Below are positions 11,784-22,554 of a stretch of 64,000 bases of DNA, piece by piece; positions within the stretch are counted from its first letter, which is position 1, and each line of letters begins with the position of its first letter. The notes under the pieces were generated by a model. That model ran no database searches. It saw only the letters and a program-made list of their open reading frames with translations, and had not been told where the DNA came from. This stretch comes from Monocercomonoides exilis PA203 (Eukaryota > Protista > Preaxostyla), in NCBI GenBank assembly GCA_001643675.2, contig LSRY02000021.1:1116001-1180000 (forward strand), read 5' to 3'. The translations under genes and the position numbers were made by a program.

Positions 11784-12720
11784 TCACCACATCTCCGCCT
11801 TCTTCTTCATAATTGTGAACAGCGCCGGCGTAATCGTCGCTGTCAAATCACAAAACTCGTCAAATTCCCCCTTCGACCTCAGCAAAAAACACAGCATCAT
11901 CGACGGGTCAATATCAGCAATGTTGATCCGGAGAATCTTCCTCTGATGAAACGTCCGGAGATTTATGTCTTCTTTCCTTAGCGTGGCTGGCTGTGTCGTG
12001 TGCGGATCCAGATAAAGTAAGAAATTCTCGTCAAACCCAACAAACCAATACGAAGAACGTGGTTTGCCGCCAACAATGCCAAGGGAAAAGGGTAAAGTCA
12101 ACATTGTTTTGAGAGCTTGGAAGTAGATTGGATTGATACGCTGTACACCCAAACGGATGGGGATGAGGAGGATGAAGGGATGCCACAGGAAAGAAGGAGG
12201 GCAGCGCTTGGGAAGATGAGGAAGATGAGGTTGTTGAGAGAGAAGAAGAGAAGAAGAAGAAGAAGAAGATGATGATGATGACAATGAAGTTGTTCCATTA
12301 AATGCAACTTCTTTCAAATAAGAAGAAGAAGCAGAAGAAGAATTAACGCCACTTCTCATCGAATGCGATGTTCTGAACACTCCAGCATCAATTGTATATC
12401 CACGTGACAAATAAGACTGAGAAGAGGAAGAAGAAGAAGAATTTAAAGGAGTTATTCCTTCAGTAGAGACAGTTGCATAGCTATCATTAATACCATCTTT
12501 ATTGTCCATGTTCAATTCTTGTGTCACTGTTCTTCGTCTGACTTCAACATTGGAATGTTTTCCTGTTTTTTCGTGTTCTTTGGATTCTTCTGCTTTTTCT
12601 TCTGCATCTTCATCTGATTTTAATAATATTTCTGGTTTATTCTTTTCTTTATCATCGTTTTCTTCTTCTTTCAGTTTATTCTGCTCTGAAAGGATATCAC
12701 TTTCAGTTGAAGAGTTGGAA

Positions 12721-12751
<31 letters not shown>

Positions 12752-13316
12752 AAGAAGAAGAAGAAGAAGAAGAAGAAGAAGAAGAAGAAGAAGAAGAAGA
12801 AGAAGAAGAAGAAGAAGAAGAAGAAGAAGAAGAAGAAGAAGCAAATGATGATGATGATGATGATGAAGAGGAAGAGGAAGAGGAGGAAGAAGAAGAAGAA
12901 GAATTTGCGGTATTATTATTATTATTGTTATTATTAGCACCTCCCAACACATTCGAGTTCTGTCTGGTGTGCAGATGTGATGTCAGAGGCGATGGCTCAT
13001 AGATCGAATAAGCTCTTTCATATCCATTTTCATAGAGGGAATTCATTTTAGCTTCTTTCTTCTTTTCTGATTGACTTATCGATTGCTCATCAGAATTTGT
13101 ATTTTCAATGAAAAATTTGTTTGTTTTGTGGCTTTTGTGTGTTTTGTGGTTTTCGAATGAAAGAGGAGGAGAAGAGAAGGAGAGAGAGGGAGATTTAGAT
13201 AAAGCAGCATCCCCTGAAGAAGAAGAGGAGGAAGAGGAAGAGGAAGAGGAAGAAGAAGAGGAAGAAGAAGAGGAGGAGGAGGAGGAAGAAGAAGAAGAAG
13301 AGGAAGAAGAAGAAGA

Positions 13317-13350
<34 letters not shown>

Positions 13351-16300
13351 TTGCTTGAAGAAGAAGAAGAAGCAAATGAAGAAGGCAGTTGTGTATTTGA
13401 GTGTAATGTTTGATGAGGTGAAGTGGATGGAAGTGAAGGAGAAGAAGAAGATGATGATGATGATGAAATAGATGAAGTGATTGAAGAAGAACTTGAGCTT
13501 TCTGTATTCAAAGGAAGAGGAGGATCAAAAGAAGAAAGATCTGAAGTGGCAGAAGAAGAAACAGAAGCAGTTGCTGGAGAAGAGGAAACAGAGGGAGAAG
13601 GAGAAGGCGAAGGAGAATGTGAAGACAAGGAAGAAGAAGAAGAAGATGATGATGATGAAATAGAAGAAAAAGAATAAACAGAGCCCGAATCACCTGGTGT
13701 TGTTTGAACAGCTTTTTTGAGTGAAAAATCATCAGAAGCAGCTTCAGAAGAATTTTCATTGAAAATATCAGATTTTATTTCTTTGCCTTTTTCGTTCTTT
13801 TTTCCTTCATTGTTTGTAGTTTGAAGATGTGTTTTTTCAATATTTTGTGAGTTGTTTTGAAGTTTGTGGTCTTTCTCTTGTTGAATTGAGCTAATTTTAT
13901 CGTTTGCGGATGTTGCAGTTGATGATTTTTGTTCTTCAGATGTTTCTTCTTTTTCTCCTTTTCTTTCTCCTTTTCCTTGTTCTCTTTCTTCTCTATTTTC
14001 TTCTCTTTCTCTTTCTCCTTCTCCTTTTTCAGTGTGATAAATGGAATGTGTTTGATGGATATCAATGGAATTAGTCATAATAGTACTGTTTTGAAGAGGA
14101 ATTGAAGTGAAACTCGGTGAATGTGAAGATAATGAAGAGGAAGAGGAGGAAGAGGAGGAGGAAGAGGAAGAAGAAGAAGAGGAAGAGGAAGATGCTGTTA
14201 TTGCTATTTCAGAAGAAGAAGAAGATGATGAAGATGATGGTAATGGTAATGGTAATGGTAATGGTAATGAATGTGTTAAAGAGGCAGTTGAAGCAGCATT
14301 ATCTATTTCTTTCACAGAATCAGAAGATGAAGAAGAAGAATCAAAAGAAGAGGAAGAGGAAGAGGAAGAAGAGGAAGAAGAATTTATTTCTTCACAAAAT
14401 GAAAGTTCTTTTGTTGTATTTTGCTGCTTCTCCATATCAGATGAATGATAATTCAATGAAGATGAGTCTGTTTGTGAAGAATTTGTGCCTTTGAGTGAAG
14501 AAAAATGGAGTGTGTTGCTGTTGAAATGGATTGTTGGCGAAGAATCAGAAGATGAAGAAGAGGAGGAGGAAGAGGAAGAAGAAAAAGAAGATATATTTGA
14601 AGAATCATTATTTGATATTTTTTCTGTTAATGAAAAAGAAGAAGAAGAAGATGATGATGATGCTCTGTTAGAATTCATCTCTCTAACTTCTTCTTTCTGA
14701 TTCACTTTCTCTTCCTCCTTCTCCTCTTCCTTCTCCTTCTCCTCTTCTTCCCTTTTCCCCCTCCCCTTCGTATTTTCAACAGAAGTGACAGAATATTGTG
14801 ATGAATTCAATGAAAGTGGAGGCAAGAAATACGAAAGCGAAGGGTAAGACGAAGGATGGCTCAACAGCTTCGACAAGAACGATTTTCCAGTGTTTGAATT
14901 AGAGCGGTTGTGGTTAGAAGAGGTTGGGTGTGGAGAAGAATGTGAAGAGGAAAGATTGGGGGAATGGAAAGAAGGGGAAGGGGAAGTAGAAGGAGAAGAG
15001 GAAGAGGAAGAGGAAGAGGGAAATGGAGAGGGAGAAGGAGAAGAAGGAGAAGAGGAAGAAGGGGAATAAGAATAAGAATGAGGAGAAGGAGAGGAAGAGG
15101 ATGAAGATGAAGATGAAAATGAATGAGGTGAAAGTGCTTCTGAAGAAGAAGATGAAAAAGAAGAGGAAGAAGAAGACGAAAAAGAAGAGGAAGAAGAAGA
15201 AGAATTAAATGAAGAATAATCATTCGACTGTTCCACAGACGATGCTGCAGAAGAAGTCACAATTGGTTTTGACAAGAAGCCGTATTCCTCTTCGGTTGCA
15301 ATGATTGGCTTCATTGCCTCTGCAATCAATGAGTCTATTGAGTTCTGGTGATGTTTCAATGAAGAATCAGAAAGATTTGATGAAAGATTCGAAATTTCCT
15401 GTGAAAGTTGCTCTTTAGAAGTGGAAGAAGTTTGGATGTTGGATTTGTCTTGCGAAGAATGAGGGGTTTGATTGAATTCTGGTTTTGTTGGGGAAAAAGA
15501 AGGTGAATGTGAAAGAGATGACGAAGGAGATGAAAAGGAAGAAGGTGAAGAAGAAGAGAGAGAGAAAGAAGAAAGAGAAGAACATTTATGAGAGGTATCT
15601 TCACTTAGCGAAGTTTGAAATGAAACCGGAATGGGTAAAGGCAAAGGTAATGGCAAAGGAGGTGATGAAGACTCAGCAGATACGATGTGTGTCATCGAAG
15701 GCAGGTAAAAACGGAGCTGTTTGCTTCCAACTGAATTTTGGCTGGTCTTGTTTGAAACTAGAGGCTGTTGCATCTCGCTTTCATTGATTTGTGGGATACC
15801 GTCTTTTGAAGAAGAGGAAGAAGAAGTTTCGCCTTTTTTTGCTTCAACACCGTTTTCCATTGAAATATCTAAAACTGTTGTCATTTTTTCCGTCTCGTTG
15901 CTCCAGAGTGCGTCCACTTCTGTGAAAATCGATCCTGTTTTTTCGATAAATCGAAATGTCGACTCAACCGGCGCTGGAGCTGATCGAGCGTGAAGAACCA
16001 ATGCGCCTTGTCCATCTGCTAACTCTCTGAACCTGTGCCTGGATGAATAATTTTGTTTTTGGTTTCCTTTTGGAAACTTTGCCGTTGAAGCAATATCTGA
16101 AGTGCTTTGGCGTTTTTGGCTTGTTGAAGTATTCTTTTGTGCGGAAGGGAAATGTGATACGCGCAAAATAGATTTCTCAACATTTCGCTGATTGGCTTCT
16201 GATAAACGTCGTTGAATATCTTCAACAATTACCGTTGTATCAACACATACAATCACAATAGGAAATCGTTGATTGGACATTTGCTGCGAGATTGTTTGAA

Positions 16301-16733
16301 GCGCATGTGCTCCGTCGGAAGGGGCAAACCATGAACCAACTTTTTTCCCTAATTTTATTCCTGTCTGACTTATATTGTGGATTGAAAAAGGAGCAGTCGG
16401 ATTATCCAAAAATTGCTCGATAATTGACGAAATGTCAAGATAATTTTTATTTGGAACTCGATCACTTTCCAAACGAAAAAGAGCCTCAGCAAACATCATC
16501 TGTGTTGTACGGTGCAAGCATCCCCAACCACGGTCAGATGTTAATTTTGTAGTTCCAATAGATTGATATCCTCGTCTGTATGTAAAAAGAATTTTGGAAC
16601 GAATATTATCTTCGAACTTTTCTTGTGAAAACGATGATATCGTTTCTTTTGAATTATCTTTTGACGATTTCGATGCGCGAGGGTACCTGATGCCCATGAT
16701 CCATATGTCGTCTTCAATTGATTTTTTGGGCAT
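11784..16733 (-). CDS. ATG4: Autophagy cysteine protease ATG4 (peptidase C54) with a very large Ser-rich insertion
   Basis: IWIMG, FTYRRG, SDRGWGCLHRTTQM (catalytic Cys), APFSIHNI, GKKVGSWFAPS at the N-terminus; LLIPIRLG, SLGIVGGKPRSSYWFVG, LLYLDPH (Asp/His) and IDPSM at the C-terminus. Confidence 0.92.
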
Positions 16734-17022
16734 AAACTGTACTTAACTTGCAATAAATTTATAAAAACAAATTCTTTATGAAAAAATTATGTGAAATTGA
16801 TCGCATAATTGTTATTTTTTCAAATAAGAGAATAATCTCACAACTTCTTTTCGAAGCATTGGAGCATAATCAACTGCACATAATTGATAATTGTATAAAA
16901 ACAGTGTAATTATGAACGAATTAATTTCGTTGCTTGTTAAAAAGAAAAAAAAGCCTTAACTTAGTAAAACCAATTTTGCGAATGTTTTAACAATATTTTT
17001 TAAATCTGTCACAAAAGTCATA

Positions 17023-18249
17023 ATGATATTATTACTTCTCTTATCTCAGATAGCATTTTGTAGTGATATTCAAATAATTGAAGAAAATGATACATGTGGA
17101 ATTGCTCCATGTACCATGTGCAAATGGATAACAACCGAAATCGGAAAGTGGATTTCTAAAAATTGTATGATATTATTCATTTTATGAAGCATCATGATTA
17201 AATTGTTTGAAAAATAATTATTAAGCCACTTCTCATGAAATATCTCATTATTTGGTTTGCGAACGTTTTGCAAATATTTTTATTTGTTTCATTTTTTCCT
17301 TCAGAATGTGGTTTGCAATAAAGTTCCGAAGAGTTCAAAATCAAAATGTGAAGATTTTGTTGAAGATAATTTTGTTTGGATTTTTTTTTTATTATTGAGA
17401 AAATTAATGTTGCATTTAATTAAAGGATAAACTGTTAGCATCAATTTCTGTTTCAAATATCTCAGAGGTATGCCCAATGATAAAAATGTGCCCAGAAGAA
17501 AGGAATAAAAGTACAACATTTTTATGTGATGCGTGTACATGTTTGTTCATATAATATTAATATTTTTTGAATGATGCGAATCATTGTGTACAGGGACAAT
17601 TAATGGACTTGAAATGTTGATAAAGAATAACAGAACAATTGAATTTATTTCAAGTGTTGCAACTTCATTTTGCGCTGCTTTTCCTGGGCCCGTCAGCTCT
17701 CTCTGTTCGCTTGTGCTTCGTGATAGCATTGTTGAGATTATTCATTTATTGGCCAACAACATCAACAGCAAAAGAGTCTGCTCACTTTTGACAATGTGCA
17801 GATCCAATACGATTTCTGAAGAAGAAAAGCAGATGGTAATTAATCTTCTTGAACTGGAAATAAAGAGGAATATTGAATCACAGAGTGAAGAATTAGTAAG
17901 TGAAACATCTGATGGAATTAGTTTGGATGGTGAAATGTTGATGAATCTTTCAAAGTTAGTCGAGATGATTATAATAGTGTACAATCAAGAAGCACTGCCA
18001 GAAAACAAATTGAAATCGGATGAATTAATGCTACTTCTTTTGGCATCATTAGATCCAACTTTTAAAGAAATGAGCGAAACAAAGGAGCAACCTCTCTTGC
18101 CATCGCAACAATTAACAACAGAAGCAGCTTCTTTGCCTTTATTCGCAAGCCTCTCCCAGCAAAAGTCTAGAATGGAGCAAATTTGTAGTCTTAATCTAAC
18201 ATCTGTTCGTTCGCCTTGCAATTTATTAGTGAATTCAAAATCAATTTAA
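17023..18249 (+). CDS. Secreted saposin-B-domain protein (prosaposin/SAPLIP-like), intron-containing
   Basis: Signal peptide MILLLLLSQIAFCS; CTMCKWI..., VVCNKVP.SSKSKCEDFV, PEVCP and a second repeat LCTGTI...FC.AFPGPVSSLCSLV...RVCSLLTMC with saposin Cys spacing; 3' end uncertain. Confidence 0.7.
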
Positions 18250-18418
18250 AAGAGTGGATGGCACTTATTGAATAAAATAAATATATACTTTCATTTTTAA
18301 TGTGAACAAATTCTTTAAATTATTAAATAAAAATAATATTCTTGTTTTGGAAACTGAAATTTTTTTGGTTTTTTTTCTTGAAACCCATATTACAATATAA
18401 GATATTTCAAACTGAGCG

Positions 18419-19455
18419 ATGAGTCGATTTGAGGGAGGAGATAGAAAATATGAACCAGATGCTATAACTGGACCTTCGATTGGTATTGTCTGCCAATGTT
18501 TTCATTGTGGCCTCGAAGGTTAGAAAGAGATAATTAGCAAACAATATTACAATTTTATTGTTATTTTGTTTATTATTTTCAGGAACTTATCAAAGTCTAG
18601 GCAATTTACAAGTATGTCATTTTTTTAGTAATGCATATGCTTATGCTTATTGTGAATAATTTCACCATTTTTTAGCATTCTTGCGGAAGGTTTGCCTTTT
18701 TTTATAATTTTTGAAACATGTTTTTTGATATGTTAATTGATTTCGTAAAGAAAATTTTTTGCATGCCCATGTCCAGCTTGCCATAAAATTGGAAGTTGGG
18801 CAAAAAAAGGAGCTCTTAGATGCACTTGTGGTCACACGGTTTGCTCTTTAATTATTATTATAATTTCTTCTTTATTTTTAAATGTGGACGCATATCTTAA
18901 ACAGTTTTACGGAGATATATGTCATAACTGCAACGATGTATTTGTTTGTGATGAGGTCTGAGAAGTAACTTTTTCAGAGTAATTTTTAAAAAACAAATCA
19001 TGTCTAATTATTGTTAGTCACTATTCCCAGGTGTATTTGTTCACGACAAATGTGGTGCAAAGTTCACTGCTATGGTGTGTCCTTCATGCAAAGAGATTGG
19101 CCATTGGGATGTTTCTGGAAGAATACTGCATTGCCGCTGTGGTGCTCGATTCTTTGCAACTTATTGTCAATGCTCAAAATTTGCTTCGTGGCCAGCAGAA
19201 GCTGTACCTGGAATTTTAATTCATTCTTCATGCTCACAGCAATTTTATTGCGATGTTTGTGCATGTATGTACTTTGTTAATATTTTTGGGAGATGAGAAA
19301 AACATAATCCTTAATCTAAATAACATTTCATGGTTAAAAATGATCCGCTAAATTTATCAGGTGGTGATCTTGTGCTTTGGAATAAAGATGCTTTTCCGGG
19401 GATGCTATCTCATAAAGGTTGTGGAGCAAAATTCTTAGCGCTTGCATGTCCATAG
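18419..19455 (+). CDS. Small Cys/His-rich repeat protein, putative multi-zinc-ribbon (multi-exon)
   Basis: Exons between GT-AG introns encode repeated CxxC/CxC...W...(H/C)xxCG units (CPACHKIGSW...CTCG, HDKCG, CPSCKEIGHW...CRCG, HSSCS, HKGCG); TAG at 19453. Confidence 0.6.
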
Positions 19456-19792
19456 TTTGTAACTTTGGAAAAAACACAATTTCTTAATTGATTCTTTTTT
19501 CTCTCTCTTTCTTTATTCCATCACCCGCGAAAATACAAATTCGCAATAACATAGCTGTCATAAAATTGGGCATTGGAGCACTTTTGGGTTTGATAAAATC
19601 GTTTTTTTCATTTTCTTTTATAATTTTTGAATCATATATTTATGATCTATTTCTTGATTCTTAACTTCAGCGTTCTTCATTGCCTTTGTGGAAAACAATT
19701 CAAAGTCACACCAGAACTGGTTTCGGGAAAGAAATCTGGCTAAATCAATAATTTACAACATGGGCTTCCAGTTGTCTTCTTTCTCACCTTTA

Positions 19793-19823
<31 letters not shown>

Positions 19824-20520
19824 TTTCTTTTTTTGTCAGACTTGTTTTTCATTGTCTTCTCATTTCACGCAAAATAAAAATTATCTTTTAACAATTATTT
19901 CATTATCTTAATTGTAACACATAAAGCATTTGTAAAACACGTTTTCGCTTAGCTTTAGCGAATCGTTATTTGAGATAAAAGTAATGAAGCATTGACTCAC
20001 CATCAAATGTTCTTTCTGCAATTAGTGTAGTAAAAATGTTTGACAAAGAAAGATTGTATGTACATAACGGTTGCTGTCTTTATCTACCACCACTCGTGAT
20101 TCGAAAAAGATCATTGCATCAAAAATAACGACGACAAGTGAATCAACAGAAAATGAATGTGAAATAAGATGATTTCTGAAGAAAAAGAGAAAACAGATAT
20201 TCTGAAGGAAACGCTATGAAACATACAAACTACGAAAAATGAATGAATAAACTGTACTTTTAAAAGGTTAGAACTTTTATTAACATCAAAATAAAAAGAT
20301 AAAAAAAACTGTTTGAATTAAAAACATATGAAAACGGATCTCGTAAAGTGTGAATTTGTGAAAGATATAGAAAGAATAACAATGAAAAGACACAAATTAC
20401 AATATGCACGCAGCAATGTTGTTATCAGTCAAAAATCAAATAACCACCAAAACAAGTCACTTTATATGTTAGTTCTTTTTGTCCTCTGTTGCACAATTGC
20501 AGCATGCTTATGTATTTCCC

Positions 20521-21500
20521 TTATGACTTTACAGTTTCATATCCTTTTGATTTTCTTAAGCAGGGAGACAGCAAGAATTTCACTCCATCTACAACGAGTG
20601 AGCCAAATTTGCACCACAAGGGCCAGAACGGAATAAGCTCGGGCCCGCGCTTCTTCATAAAGAAACATATTGGAACGCCAATCAAAAAATACAGTGCTGC
20701 ACTGCAAGATATGATGATCAGCATCACTGTGCCAAATGATACTTTCTTCTTTTCAGCAGGTTGCTCCTTTTTTTTCTCACTTTCTGGTTTTCCTTTAAAT
20801 GGGCATGCTTGCTTATGCTTCCATGTCACATCCAATTTCGTTCTGTTTGTTAAATTTTACCACAGCAAAAATTAAACAAATGAAGTTTCATAAGAAAAAA
20901 GCAAAGAAATGCAAATTAATTTCGTAAGCATATATCACATCAGTAAAATAGCTTTATTGTCATACTCAGTTTGCAAATCATATTCAAGAGTTGGAGTCTC
21001 AATGTCAGAACAAATGAAGTGAACAACTGTAGTACGTAAAACATTTTGTTCGTTTCCTTCATATTTATCTGAAATTTTTGATATTTTTATCTTGAAAAAA
21101 ATGCAAATAGATAAAATCAAACATGTAAAGGTAATCTCCTTTCCATCATCCTTTATTTTATATGTTTCCATGTTATATAGGCCAAAGCAATAGCAGGTTG
21201 TTGTTTCGGTTGAATTGAAAATTTTTTGTGAATTGCAATTTTCTGATTCGCATGCTTTTTTTGTTTCCTCACAAGTTGGAATGGCTTTTCTAAAATTGAA
21301 TGCCCACTTATCTTCTTCATCTCCAACAACATAGGGCTTATCTCTAAATTAGACAAAAAATGAAAATATTACATGTTATATAAATATTCGTTTTCGAACT
21401 TTGTAAGACCATCTAATTTATAATCATCAATTAGATAAGCCTGAAGAAATGCTACTAATGTAAAAATTCTTATCACTGCACTGTTTAAGTTCTTCAGCAT
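20521..21500 (-). CDS. Cation-dependent mannose-6-phosphate receptor / ATG27-like type I membrane protein
   Basis: Signal peptide; MRH-like lumenal exons (RTTVVHFICS, VTWKHKQACP); TM helix then KRGPELIPFWPLW..LVVDG and a terminal GYETV sorting motif; about 3 introns. Confidence 0.75.
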
Positions 21501-22281
21501 ATGAATTGATAATGTATTTTTCTTTTAATGAGGTTAAAAGTTATAATTGGAAAAAAACAAAAATAATTCGAGTCAAAATCACAAATTTCATATAAGAATC
21601 ATTGAAGCATCAATATATTAGTAAAGCACACGATGTAACTTTGAAAAATACACTCAATACGGAAAATTATTGTATTTTATGGTTCTCTTGATCTTTTTTA
21701 TTTTTTTGAAAAAGCAAGCTCCTGAACAATTTTAAATATTACTTTAACAAATTATGTTCATTTAGGCAAATGGAGAAGATCCTGGTACCTCACGATCAAC
21801 GCCCTTAATTATAAAAATTCAATTATATTCGGAAAGAACAATCAATCTACGACACCTCTCTTTTATGGGAGTGAGAGCTCCTTATTAAGGGCTCTGTCGT
21901 TCACAAAAATAAAAATGGATGAAGTGAAATAATTTTAAAGTTAAAAGAAAATATATTGTGCAAAAACAAAGCGTACTGAAGTGTTGCAGAGTTTATAATG
22001 TGAATGATATGTTGTGCTTAATTTGAGGCTGTGTTAGTGTGGTGTCTGTTGCGATGGATTGTCACACTTGTGTGTGAACGTGTGAACCTGGTGTTGAAGA
22101 GGCTTTGGCTTCATGTTTGGCTTCGGCTAATGCTTTGATCCTGGTAATAGGCCATGTTCCATGCTCATTATTCTGCTAATGTGATTGTGTTGTCTTGCTT
22201 GTTCCACGACCGTTCCTCTATCTTTTAATACCTGCTCCTCCTTTATGTTGAGTGGTGGGAAGAGCTAAGCTCTGGGCTGGC

Positions 22282-22383
22282 AAGAGAGGTGTCGTAGATT
22301 GATTGTTCTTTCCGAATTAAAGTGCAAAGCACCTTAATTCTTAAGAACAATCGTGATCAACGACACCTCTCTTTTATGGGAGT
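22282..22383. repeat. DIRS internal complementary region (copy of the circle junction)
   Basis: AAGAGAGGTGTCGTAGATTGATTGTTCTTTCCGAAT is the reverse complement of the left end; AATTAAAGTGCAAAGCACCTTAATTCTTAAGAACAATCGTGATC... is the reverse complement of the right end; they are fused at GAAT. Confidence 0.92.
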
Positions 22384-22554
22384 CTTTAGTAATTGGGCTT
22401 TCCAGTTGTCTAGCTGAATTCTCCGTCTGGTACACTTGATCTTCCTTATGCTGATTATATCCCTTATCCCTTCAGCTTCGATGTTTGTCGTTCACTGATC
22501 GTCAGGTTCTTCTATCTTTGATGGGTGGGTTATCTGAGTGTCTTGTATTGAGGA

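Noticed and set aside
12098-16228. Many antisense and alternative-frame ORFs (poly-E, poly-K, poly-L)
   Set aside because: Shadows of trinucleotide repeats in ATG4; the same applies inside GH2, the kinase tail and 34693-38457.
21834-22383. Recurring ACGACACCTCTCTTTTA motif as a CRISPR-like repeat
   Set aside because: Fully explained by the DIRS ITRs and ICR; no spacers or cas genes.
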